Source: an archaeon
Lineage (GTDB): Archaea; Nanobdellota; Nanobdellia; SCGC-AAA011-G17; VGLX01
Direction: 5' to 3'
NCBI GenBank assembly: GCA_043808805.1
Contig: JAZDEN010000038.1
Location: 1-53,023 of the forward strand
Length of the DNA: 53,023 nucleotides
The first letter of the stretch is position 1. Each line of letters starts with the position of its first letter. The position numbers and the translations under genes are program-made. Of this stretch, positions 1 to 8,135 are shown piece after piece. Below the pieces are notes generated by a model. That model saw only the letters and a list, made by a program, of their open reading frames with translations, was not told the DNA's origin and did not search any database.

Positions 1-773
1 TCAGGATTAATATCAACAAGCACGGGAGTTGCATCACAATACTTAACAGCGTTCAAAACAGCATTACAAACATAAGATGGAAGAATAACCTCATCACCCT
101 GCTTAACATCCAAAGCCCTCAAAGCAAGATGCAAGGCAGCAGTGCCACTGCTCGTAGCAATACCATACTTCCTACCGATATAACGAGAGAACTGGTCAAC
201 AAGCGAATTGACAAAATTTCCAGTCACAAGATCACCATTATCAATGGCACGCATAACAGCCTCCTTATCATCAGAAGTTATTACAGGCCTGGAATGGGAA
301 ATCCTCTCCTCCAACCTAAAGGGGTAGATTATGTTGTCACGCAACAAGCCGTCGCTGCCGAGGGCCTGGCCAGCAAAAAGGCATCCCTTACTCCTGTATA
401 ATCTGGCAGCAGAGGGATTACCAGGGAGAACCTTGAACTCAGCACGCTCAACAGAATGCTTCCTGCAACCATCAAGAAATTCCTCCCAGAGCATATCACC
501 GATGCCCTGACCCCTAAAATCAGGATTAACAAGAACTTTGTTCAGCTTACCAACCTCACCATCAACAGAGGCTATAAAGTAACCGACAACCTTCCCATCA
601 ACAGAAGCATACTTGCTGAGCTCCCACTTCGCAGGAAGATCCTTCTCAAAACTATCAGCAGTCCAGGCCTTATCCCCTATGGCAACCCAATGAGGCTCAA
701 GACTAAGCAAAGATGGCAACAGCTGCCTGATATTATCCTTAGTAATACCCTTTATCTGTACTTCAAGACCCAT
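1..773 (-). CDS. GNAT N-acetyltransferase domain fused in frame to a DegT/DnrJ/EryC1-type PLP sugar aminotransferase (3' end lies beyond the window)
   Basis: Absent from the ORF track because there is no stop in the window. My minus-strand translation from the ATG (cat at 771-773) reads MGLEVQIKGITKDNIRQLL...VGYFIASVDGEVGKLNKVLVNPDFRGQGIGDMLWEEFLDGCRKHSVERAEFKVLPGNPSAARLYRSKG. This has GNAT motif A (RGQGIG) and the LYxxxG end. It continues with no stop into ...RISHSRPVITSDDKEAVMRAIDNGDLVTGNFVNSLVDQFSRYIGRKYGIATSSGTAALHLALRALDVKQGDEVILPSYVCNAVLNAVKYCDATPVLVDINP, a typical DegT N-terminus. Confidence 0.75.
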   Translation of the reverse strand, partial: MGLEVQIKGITKDNIRQLLPSLLSLEPHWVAIGDKAWTADSFEKDLPAKWELSKYASVDGKVVGYFIASVDGEVGKLNKVLVNPDFRGQGIGDMLWEEFLDGCRKHSVERAEFKVLPGNPSAARLYRSKGCLFAGQALGSDGLLRDNIIYPFRLEERISHSRPVITSDDKEAVMRAIDNGDLVTGNFVNSLVDQFSRYIGRKYGIATSSGTAALHLALRALDVKQGDEVILPSYVCNAVLNAVKYCDATPVLVDINP

Positions 774-783
774 ACACCTAACC

Positions 784-1512
784 TCACGAAACATTTCCAG
801 CTGGAAACTTACCAACACAAAAGAGAGCATCAATAGAACCCATGTAGGGGAGGAAACCAGGATAACGCTGGGGGTAGACAGGATGGTTGTAATCCTGAAA
901 CCTAACCTCTATCCCTTCCCTCTTGAAAGGCTCCAAGTTAAGATAACCGCGACCGCCAGCACCTGAAAGGTAAACATCAGCACCGACAGCCCTGCACAAA
1001 TCAACCAAATCTTCAGAAGCATCAGACTTCACATAATGAGCAGGCTTAAGGCCCAAGTCCGAGGCCATAACAACCTCAGCATCTATGTTGAAAGCCTTCT
1101 TGAAAAAATCAATCAGCTGCATGTTAAGAGGAAGGAGCCTATCACTAGGACTGGAGAATATTTTTTCCACCTCTGGAAAATACTGCGCAAAGAAAGGAGC
1201 CTTCTCGTAATGTATCTTTATTTCCCTCAACAACTCATTATTCCACGACTTCTTTTTCTGGACAACACCATGCTTTATGCCCTGGTGCATTATGTAATCA
1301 TAAACCATATCGACAGGAACCTTCAGCCACTTGCACTGGGGACTGTTAACATTATCATTACCGTTAATCCTTATCTTGTTGCGGTGGTGGAAGTCACGCT
1401 CAACAAAAAGAACCTCGTCACGGATGACGAACACATCAGAGTTCATCATCTTATCAAAAAATCCAAGATAAGGAAGAAAATTCGGCTGATGAGCTGCCAT
1501 TACCTTAGACAT
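784..1512 (-). CDS. WbqC-family protein (sugar-modification cluster protein of unknown mechanism)
   Basis: 242 aa. The N-terminus [31 protein letters not shown] matches the WbqC-like family signature (QPxFxPYxGYF). ATG confirmed (cat 1510-1512). Overlaps the upstream PIG-L gene by 8 nt. Confidence 0.7.
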   Translation of the reverse strand: MSKVMAAHQPNFLPYLGFFDKMMNSDVFVIRDEVLFVERDFHHRNKIRINGNDNVNSPQCKWLKVPVDMVYDYIMHQGIKHGVVQKKKSWNNELLREIKIHYEKAPFFAQYFPEVEKIFSSPSDRLLPLNMQLIDFFKKAFNIDAEVVMASDLGLKPAHYVKSDASEDLVDLCRAVGADVYLSGAGGRGYLNLEPFKREGIEVRFQDYNHPVYPQRYPGFLPYMGSIDALFCVGKFPAGNVS

Positions 1513-2131
1513 CTGAATCCTCCTTGAAAAGGTGGTTTATCGCGAAGGCCTCTGCAAACGTCTTATTGCAGGTGGCACCGTGAATCTCAGCAAGATGACT
1601 TATGAGCTTGGGATTAACAATACCCTTGCTAATCTGACTCTCATAACAGCTGACCGAGTCTATCTTCTTCCTGAAATTACTCGGAGAGAGCTCTATGAAA
1701 TAATGAGGCTCATGCGAAGTCGTTGAAGGTCCCTGGAAAAGAAGAATCTCAGTAATCTTCCTAGCCGCAGACGAGACAGCACGACTGCAACTCCTGTGAT
1801 CCTGATGACGATCAATCGGAGAATGAGTATAAACCCTCGTGACACCAAGCTTGTTTATAAAACCCTCAATGAAACTCACAACAAGGAAGTCATCAGACAA
1901 CGCACCATCCGGAAAATTGCCAAAGAAAACGCCCTTAACACCAAGAGTCTGCAAGGACTTCAAACATTCAGAGCGGTCCATGTTATGGTTACCCCTCTCC
2001 CCGTTCGTCATCACAATAACATATACGTCGTCTCCTCTCCCAATATGCTTAGCTAGAGTGCCACCACAACCAATCTCGATGTCATCAGGGTGGGCACCGA
2101 CAGCTAGAACAATGTTCCTGTCTTTTTTCAT
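1505..2131 (-). CDS. PIG-L/LmbE-family N-acetylglucosaminyl deacetylase
   Basis: 208 aa. Contains [22 protein letters not shown], the AHPDD zinc-binding motif of the PIG-L family, and a downstream HQDH. Confidence 0.8.
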   Translation of the reverse strand: MKKDRNIVLAVGAHPDDIEIGCGGTLAKHIGRGDDVYVIVMTNGERGNHNMDRSECLKSLQTLGVKGVFFGNFPDGALSDDFLVVSFIEGFINKLGVTRVYTHSPIDRHQDHRSCSRAVSSAARKITEILLFQGPSTTSHEPHYFIELSPSNFRKKIDSVSCYESQISKGIVNPKLISHLAEIHGATCNKTFAEAFAINHLFKEDSDV

Positions 2132-2222
2132 AATACCCCCTAACGATGATTAGCATATGTAATGTAAAAAAAGTAATAAATGTTTATATGTTACCACCAA
2201 TTTAAGATAATTCAGAAAAAAC

Positions 2223-2507
2223 TTACAGCCCTTTCCTTTTCAGGTCCCTGTAAAATGAAACATCAGCCCTGTAACGACCCTTTTTAGTCGAGCGCTCCTC
2301 CATTATAACAGCAGTGTTAGCGTCAATGCGACCGGCAGCCTTGGCGATAGAGTAGTAAACCTTGTTCACAGGATCATTGTGAAAACCATGAGCCTCAAAC
2401 CTACGCTCATCAACCAACTCAAGATGACCAACGTTAACAAGATGGGCCACATCATCAAAGTCCTTCTCCCTTCCGATAACAACCTCATCAATCCTTATGG
2501 TAGGCAT
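2223..2507 (-). CDS. hypothetical protein
   Basis: The ORF-track start at 2513 is a TTG. The first ATG is at 2507 (cat 2505-2507), giving MPTIRIDEVVIG... Codon usage looks host-like. No family recognised. Confidence 0.45.
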   Translation of the reverse strand: MPTIRIDEVVIGREKDFDDVAHLVNVGHLELVDERRFEAHGFHNDPVNKVYYSIAKAAGRIDANTAVIMEERSTKKGRYRADVSFYRDLKRKGL

Positions 2508-2606
2508 TTTCAAATACTCCTGGTTTTGGGTTACAGACCTTATTTAAAAAGGTATTGTTTAGCACAGCAAAATAAAAAAAGAGAGAAAACAGGCAGATTT
2601 ACAGAG

Positions 2607-2891
2607 ATGACAATAAGGTATTACATATTCAGCAGAAGGCTTGACGCAATAAACTTCGAGAACAACCTCCATGAGGAAGGCCGCAGGGTGCATAAAACAG
2701 ACGACAACCTCGGGAGGCACTACCACATAAACGGGTTCAAAATTTACATAGACCCAAACATAAAGGATGAAATCGTCAAATGCATTGTAGAGTTCCCCGA
2801 CGATGAGGGAGACATGAACCAGCTTGAGAAGATAGCAAAAAAGCTCAACGCAAGCCAGGTCGTTGACACGTTCCTGAATAAAGTATTCTAA
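2607..2891 (+). CDS. hypothetical protein
   Basis: This is the internal ATG at 2607 of track ORF 2379..2891 (MTIRYYIFSRRLD...). The upstream part of that ORF overlaps the convergent gene 2223..2507 and looks non-coding. Confidence 0.45.
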   Translation: MTIRYYIFSRRLDAINFENNLHEEGRRVHKTDDNLGRHYHINGFKIYIDPNIKDEIVKCIVEFPDDEGDMNQLEKIAKKLNASQVVDTFLNKVF

Positions 2892-2902
2892 AAACAGTTA
2901 GG

Positions 2903-2911
2903 TTTATAAAA
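2903..2911 (+). promoter_or_regulatory. TATA-box-like element (tttataaaa) for the epimerase gene
   Basis: The element is centred about 27 nt upstream of the ATG at 2934. That spacing is expected for a leaderless archaeal transcript. The same tttataaa motif recurs upstream of several other genes in the window. Confidence 0.45.
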
Positions 2912-2933
2912 GGACCATCACCAAAAATTAGTG

Positions 2934-3863
2934 ATGAAAGCAATAGTAACCGGTGGAGCCGGATTCATAGCAAGCCATGTCGCAGAAGGGGCTACAAAAG
3001 AAGGTTATGAAGTCGTAATAATAGACAATTTCTCATACGGAAAAGAAGAAAATCTAGCAAACCTGAGAAAAAACAAAAAAGTCAAGATATACAAGAGAGA
3101 CATATGCGAAGACTTGAATGACCTGTTCAAAGATGTTGACGTTGTATTCCATCTTGCGGCACTGCCAAGAGTGCAATACTCAATAGACTACCCAGACATC
3201 GCACACAAGGCAAATGTTGAGGGGACAGTCAACCTACTGGAGATGAGCAGGAAAAACAAAGTAAAAAGATTTGTGTTCATGTCAAGCTCCTCAATTTACG
3301 GGGACCAGGAAAAAATGCCTTACACAGAAGACATGAAACCCAACCCGATGTCTCCATACGCATTACACAAACTTGTAGGAGAAGAATACTGCAACCTCTA
3401 CTACAGGTTATACGGACTGGAAACAGTATGCCTAAGGGGTTTTAACATATATGGGCCAAGACAGGACCCTTCAGGTGGATATGCATGCTTAATCCCGAGG
3501 TTCATACAACTTATAAACAAAAACACAAGACCAACAATAAACGGAGATGGGGAACAAACCAGAGACTTCATCTATGTACAAGACGTTGTAAGAGCAAACC
3601 TTATGGCAGCAAAAACAAACAACAAAAAAGCATTTGGGGAGGTTTTCAACATAGGATCCGGAAAAAGGCTTTCAGTAAATCAAGTAACAAACATGATACT
3701 GGGACTAAGCAAGAAAAACACACAACCGATACACGGACCACAAGTAATAGAACCCAAAAATACACTGGCAGACATAAAAAAGACAAAAGAATTACTTGGA
3801 TGGGAACCTGAGTACAGCTTTGAGCAAGGAATGAAAGAAACATTCGAATTCTTCAAGAACTAA
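2934..3863 (+). CDS. NAD-dependent nucleotide-sugar epimerase/dehydratase (SDR family)
   Basis: Has TGGAGFIASHV (the GxxGxxG Rossmann motif), SSSSIYG and YALHK (the YxxxK catalytic pair). ATG at 2934. The track start at 2931 is a GTG. Confidence 0.85.
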   Translation: MKAIVTGGAGFIASHVAEGATKEGYEVVIIDNFSYGKEENLANLRKNKKVKIYKRDICEDLNDLFKDVDVVFHLAALPRVQYSIDYPDIAHKANVEGTVNLLEMSRKNKVKRFVFMSSSSIYGDQEKMPYTEDMKPNPMSPYALHKLVGEEYCNLYYRLYGLETVCLRGFNIYGPRQDPSGGYACLIPRFIQLINKNTRPTINGDGEQTRDFIYVQDVVRANLMAAKTNNKKAFGEVFNIGSGKRLSVNQVTNMILGLSKKNTQPIHGPQVIEPKNTLADIKKTKELLGWEPEYSFEQGMKETFEFFKN

Positions 3864-4333
3864 CAAGAAATCATAGCAAATTCTGGATTAACTAGATTAA
3901 ACAAATCCTTCGAAGAAAGAATAACACCAGCATCATGGCTTCCGGTGCTAACACTCAAATCAGTCCTGTACTTGAAATCCAAGTCAAAAACAATCCTCAC
4001 AGGATGCTCCAACAATAATGGCGTGACAGCACCGACCTCATAACCGGTAAACTTCATGACATCAGGGGCACGAGCAAGACTAAGAGTACCGCACTTCAAA
4101 AAAGACCTCAATTTCTCCAAGTCCAATCTTTTATCACCTGGAACACAGGCAAGAAAAACATCCTTGCCATCGGTAACAACGATGCTCTTCACCATCTCAT
4201 GCTTTATGATTCCACGCTCCTTCGCAGCCTCCTCAACAGTAAAGACAGGCTTAGAATGTACAACAAGCTTGTACTCAACCTTTTTATCATCTAAGAATTT
4301 TGTTACTTTGTTGCTGAACAAAGCAGAAGACAA
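3860..4333 (-). CDS. YbaK/ProX-type aminoacyl-tRNA trans-editing deacylase
   Basis: 157 aa with YbaK/EbsC-like features: HSKPVFTVEEAAKERG, VKSIVV, GYEVGAVTPL. The start codon is TTG (caa at 4331-4333), 2 nt after the apt stop. There is no in-frame ATG near the N-terminus. Confidence 0.65.
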   Translation of the reverse strand: MSSALFSNKVTKFLDDKKVEYKLVVHSKPVFTVEEAAKERGIIKHEMVKSIVVTDGKDVFLACVPGDKRLDLEKLRSFLKCGTLSLARAPDVMKFTGYEVGAVTPLLLEHPVRIVFDLDFKYRTDLSVSTGSHDAGVILSSKDLFNLVNPEFAMISC

Positions 4334-4335
4334 TC

Positions 4336-4860
4336 TTACTCACCATCAAACTCAACCAGGGAAAAAACCTTTCTTGGGGCAAGCTTCTCCTTACCTCCCA
4401 ACTCAGGAAGGTCAATAACAAAAGCACACTCAACAATCTCACCGCCCAACTTCTCAATGAGATTACAAGCAGCAAGGCATGTGCCCCCCGTGGCAATCAG
4501 GTCATCAGCAAGAACAATCTTATCCCCCTTGGTGATAGCATCGGTATGGATCTCAATCGTATCCTTGCCGTACTCCAAATCATACTCCATGGATGTTGTC
4601 TCAGCCGGCAGCTTGCCCTTCTTCCTTATGGGAATAAAACCAACGCCAAGCTCATGAGCGAGCAGAGCACCGATAATAAAGCCACGAGCCTCTATGGCAG
4701 CGACCTTATCAACCTTAATGTCCTTGTAACGGTTCTTAAATTCAGCAACTATGTCCTTTATACCCTGAGCGTCAAGAAGTAATGTCGTAATGTCCCTGAA
4801 CATCACACCTTTTTTCGGCCAATGAGGCACTGTCCTGATCTTCTCCTTTATGTGGTCCAT
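4336..4860 (-). CDS. apt: adenine phosphoribosyltransferase
   Basis: 174 aa. Contains [41 protein letters not shown] and the PRPP-binding motif [12 protein letters not shown]. Confidence 0.9.
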   Translation of the reverse strand: MDHIKEKIRTVPHWPKKGVMFRDITTLLLDAQGIKDIVAEFKNRYKDIKVDKVAAIEARGFIIGALLAHELGVGFIPIRKKGKLPAETTSMEYDLEYGKDTIEIHTDAITKGDKIVLADDLIATGGTCLAACNLIEKLGGEIVECAFVIDLPELGGKEKLAPRKVFSLVEFDGE

Positions 4861-4870
4861 TATTTAGAAG

Positions 4871-4899
4871 TTTATTTAAATCGTATAAATATTTAAACC
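4871..4899. promoter_or_regulatory. compact bidirectional AT-rich promoter region (apt / tRNA-Pro)
   Basis: The sequence is tttatttaaatcgtataaatatttaaacc. tataaata lies about 27 nt from the apt ATG at 4860 on the minus strand. tttaaa lies about 30 nt upstream of the tRNA 5' end at 4927. Confidence 0.4.
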
Positions 4900-4926
4900 T
4901 ATTGTTGGATAAAATCTAATGAAAAT

Positions 4927-5001
4927 GGGGCTGTGGTCTAACTTGGTCTATGATTCAGCGTTCGGGACGCTGCGATTCCGGTTCGAATCCGGGCAGTCCC
5001 A
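4927..5001 (+). tRNA. tRNA-Pro (anticodon CGG)
   Basis: Manual fold. Acceptor GGGGCTG/CAGTCCC, anticodon stem CAGCG/CGCTG with loop TTCGGGA (anticodon CGG, G37). T arm TCCGG-TTCGAAT-CCGGG, discriminator A. No encoded CCA. Confidence 0.85.
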
Positions 5002-5044
5002 TCACAATAAAACATATAAATAAGCAGCTAATAACAAGAAGGAA

Positions 5045-5344
5045 ATGGAAAACCTGTATGGACAAATAAGAAACCTTGACTCTTCTTTCAGAAAGAAGCT
5101 GGAAGTGATAATAAACATAAACAACCAGCTAGCAAAAGAAGGAAAAAACCTTAACGACGTAGGCTATGCCCATGTCCTTAGGGAGGCCAACAGGTGGACA
5201 TACTTCACATGGCGGGAGAAAGAACTTAAAGACAAAGCCATGGAACTTGTAAGGGACTTGGAAAAAGGAGTTACAAAAAAAAGTCAGATATCACTAAGCC
5301 CATCAGGATTCCAACAAAAAATAGAAGAGATGCTCACTCAATAA
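5045..5344 (+). CDS. hypothetical protein
   Basis: 99 aa with host-like codon usage and an ATG start. No motif recognised. Confidence 0.5.
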   Translation: MENLYGQIRNLDSSFRKKLEVIININNQLAKEGKNLNDVGYAHVLREANRWTYFTWREKELKDKAMELVRDLEKGVTKKSQISLSPSGFQQKIEEMLTQ

Positions 5345-6962
5345 AAAGATTGGTAAAATCAAATTTCTCAACGTCAAAAAGACCCTTATCACTCAATCTC
5401 AATTTAGGAGAAACAAGAGAGGAAAGGGAAGAAAGCTTCATGAAAGGAGAGTCAAACTTGCAGCCCATAAGCCTGGCCTCATTATCAACCTTCTCCAAAA
5501 AACCGGCAACAACATCAGCAGGCTGGTCAGACATCAGCCCAGCAACAGGCAATTTCAGATCAGCAACAACCTTACCCTCATAAAAAACAACAAAACCACC
5601 ACCAATCATCTTAAGGTAATTAACGGCAGAAGCCATGTCCTTGTCATTAGTGCCAACAACAACAACGTTGTGAGAGTCATGAGCAACAGAAGAAGCCATA
5701 GCACCATCAAACAAGGAAAAACCCTTCACAAAAGCAACACCGATGTTGTTCTTCCCATAACGCTCAACAACAGCAAGCTTCAACACATCGATAGAAGTAT
5801 CATTCTGCACTGAATTATTAAGGACATTAAGCTCTGTCGTAGACTCATTCGTAGCAAACTGACTACCAACACCAATAACCTTAACCCTCTGGAAAGGCTT
5901 CAAAGACCTCAGCCTGAAATCAGTGTCAAACTTATCATTGTAATCAAAAACATTAACAGGACTGGCAGGAGAGGAGATGAACAATGATTTCCCGTTCTCA
6001 GCAACCTTCACACCCTTAACCCAAGTCTCCAAAACCCTGAACTCCCTCAGGTTATTAACAACAACAAAATCAGCAGCATCACCCTTCCTCAACAAACCAA
6101 CATCAAGCCTGTAATGCTCGATAGGATTCAAAGTAGCCATCCTCAACGCATGCACAGGTTCAACGCCGAGGGAGACCAACTTCCTCAACATCAGATTGAC
6201 ATGCCCCTCAACCAGGTCATGAGGGCTCATGTTATCAGAAACTAGGAAACACACATACTTCTCATTCTTTGCAATCGACAGCAGGTCCTCAAGGCTCTTA
6301 GCATAAGAACCCTCACGAATCATGATCTTCATCCCAAGCTCTGCCTTCTCCCTAGCCTCATCATAACTCGTTGATTCATGGTCAGTCGATATCCCAGCAT
6401 CAACATATTTCTTCAAAGAATCACCGGAAAGCATAGGGCAATGGCCATCAACAGGCTTCTTCAATTTTTTTGCAGCACCAATCTTAGCAACCAACTCAGG
6501 ATCATCATTTATTATACCAGAAACATTCTTAACCTCACCCAAAGCAACAACAGCCTTCTTTCTCAACAATTTTGTGACAGCCTTCAAATCCAGAATAGCC
6601 CCTGAAGTCTCAAAAGGAGTCGAAGGGACAGAGCTGGGTGCTGTGAAAAAAACCTTCAAAGGGGATTTCTTTGCATCATCAATCATGAACTCAACGCCCT
6701 TTATACCAAGAACATTGGCAATCTCATGAGGGTCTGAAACAACAGCAACAGTGCCGTGAGGAAGAACAGCCTCAGCAAACCTTGAAGGCGTGAGCAAAGA
6801 ACTCTCTATGTGAATATGAGCATCAACCAGACCAGGAATTATGTAAGTATCAAAATCCTTCAGGACCTTTGTCATACCCCTTATCTTACCGTTCTCTACC
6901 TCCAACTCTGCCGGAAAGACCTGCCCTTTCAGAACATCAACAACATTCCCCCCTATTTTCAT
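5334..6962 (-). CDS. ade: adenine deaminase (amidohydrolase superfamily)
   Basis: Contains IIPGLVDAHIHIESSLLTP, VSDPHEIANV and the C-terminal adenine-deaminase domain. I use the internal ATG at 6962 (MKIGGNVVDVLKG...). The track's longer start at 7067 would overlap the divergent gene at 7009. Confidence 0.85.
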   Translation of the reverse strand: MKIGGNVVDVLKGQVFPAELEVENGKIRGMTKVLKDFDTYIIPGLVDAHIHIESSLLTPSRFAEAVLPHGTVAVVSDPHEIANVLGIKGVEFMIDDAKKSPLKVFFTAPSSVPSTPFETSGAILDLKAVTKLLRKKAVVALGEVKNVSGIINDDPELVAKIGAAKKLKKPVDGHCPMLSGDSLKKYVDAGISTDHESTSYDEAREKAELGMKIMIREGSYAKSLEDLLSIAKNEKYVCFLVSDNMSPHDLVEGHVNLMLRKLVSLGVEPVHALRMATLNPIEHYRLDVGLLRKGDAADFVVVNNLREFRVLETWVKGVKVAENGKSLFISSPASPVNVFDYNDKFDTDFRLRSLKPFQRVKVIGVGSQFATNESTTELNVLNNSVQNDTSIDVLKLAVVERYGKNNIGVAFVKGFSLFDGAMASSVAHDSHNVVVVGTNDKDMASAVNYLKMIGGGFVVFYEGKVVADLKLPVAGLMSDQPADVVAGFLEKVDNEARLMGCKFDSPFMKLSSLSSLVSPKLRLSDKGLFDVEKFDFTNLFIE

Positions 6963-7008
6963 ACACTTCTGGAGTGGGCAAAAATTTATATAATTTACCT
7001 TAAACCTA

Positions 7009-7386
7009 ATGGTTATGACAAGCATAGTCATAGAAACAGAGGGGAAGAGAATAGAGGTATGGCTCAACGAAAGCCAGGCAGCAAAGGAATTAGTCGAGAA
7101 ACTACCCCTAGAATCAAAAGCTAACCTATGGGGGGAGGAAGTGTACTTCTACATAAAGCCAAGGCTAACACCAAGCAAGGACGCAAAGCAGGAAGTAAGG
7201 GTGGGAGACTTCGCATACTGGCCTCCTGGACCAGGACTCTGTTTGTTTTTCGGAAAGACACCATCATCAAGAGGAAATGAGCCAAGGGCAGCAAACCCAG
7301 TAACAGTCATAGGGCAGGTAGTGAGCAACATAGAAGACTTGAAGAAAATAAAGAACAAGGACAGGATCATAGTAAGAAAGGTCTAA
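7009..7386 (+). CDS. cyclophilin-like fold protein (TM1367 / DUF369-type)
   Basis: Contains [11 protein letters not shown]...[21 protein letters not shown]...[18 protein letters not shown]. This closely parallels the Thermotoga TM1367 sequence pattern as I recall it (WGEEIYF...[20 protein letters not shown]...NVIGKIVEGLEDLKKIK). Confidence 0.75.
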   Translation: [125 protein letters not shown]

Positions 7387-7634
7387 CGCTTCTTGCCATA
7401 ATTCTCCCTAAGATGGTTTATTATGTTCTGAACACCGTTAACATCTTTAAGATAAGCAGTATCCATCAAGAACGGAACATCATGCTTGCCACCATGCTTA
7501 TCAAGATAATCCCACTTGGGATCATCATCATGCTCTATGTTTATTAGGACAACATCAAGGCTCAGCTTGGTAAGCTCTTCCCTAACAACCTTGCTGTGAC
7601 CGCACTGCTCGTACTGCCAGAGTATCAGGACCAT
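7383..7634 (-). CDS. glutaredoxin-like small thioredoxin-fold protein (monothiol CGHS site)
   Basis: 83 aa. Has an N-terminal beta-strand followed by QCGHSKVVREEL and a later VPFL, the layout of small Grx/NrdH-like proteins. Confidence 0.55.
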   Translation of the reverse strand: MVLILWQYEQCGHSKVVREELTKLSLDVVLINIEHDDDPKWDYLDKHGGKHDVPFLMDTAYLKDVNGVQNIINHLRENYGKKR

Positions 7635-7668
7635 ACCAATAATACGAATCAGAACCTTTTAAGAATTA

Positions 7669-8133
7669 TCAAATTGCAATATAAATAAGGTAAGCATCTG
7701 TTATAACAACCAAAGAAAAGAGAACATATTCTATTATGCCTCCTGTGGTTATTGGGCCCTGCAATCTTCTTTCTGAAAAAGGCTGAAAGAAAGCAACACC
7801 ACTAGGGGTGAAAGCATCAAGAAAAATATGAGAGAGATAACCTAACACAGGAGCAAAGGCAATGTAACTTACCGTGAAAAGATAAACCGACAAAAGGAGC
7901 AACAGGAAAGCAGCAAACAAGGAATGCAAGATACCCCTGTGACCAAGAAAGAACTCAACGAACCAGGACAGAGGCCTCACCCTCTTCCCAAAACCACTAT
8001 GGGGGGTGTCAACATCAACAACAAAAGCGCCAAGGCAGGCCAATGGAATAAAATAATAAGGGTTGGAAGTAAAGAAATGGAGAAAAACAAGAGAAAGAAG
8101 GAATGCAAAAGCAAGATGGGTTTTGAGCATCAT
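7669..8133 (-). CDS. YdjM/DUF457-family membrane-bound metal-dependent hydrolase
   Basis: 154 aa, polytopic. Has the N-terminal THLAFAF motif plus HRGILHS and HIFLDAFT histidine motifs typical of the family. Confidence 0.65.
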   Translation of the reverse strand: MMLKTHLAFAFLLSLVFLHFFTSNPYYFIPLACLGAFVVDVDTPHSGFGKRVRPLSWFVEFFLGHRGILHSLFAAFLLLLLSVYLFTVSYIAFAPVLGYLSHIFLDAFTPSGVAFFQPFSERRLQGPITTGGIIEYVLFSLVVITDAYLIYIAI

Positions 8134-8135
8134 AA

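Noticed and set aside
2379-2606. Upstream part of the 170-aa ORF 2379..2891
   Set aside because: It overlaps convergent gene 2223..2507 and reads as non-coding. The ATG at 2607 was retained.
6963-7067. N-terminal 35-aa extension of adenine deaminase in the ORF track
   Set aside because: It would overlap the divergent cyclophilin-like gene start at 7009 and leave no promoter space. The internal ATG at 6962 gives a canonical N-terminus.
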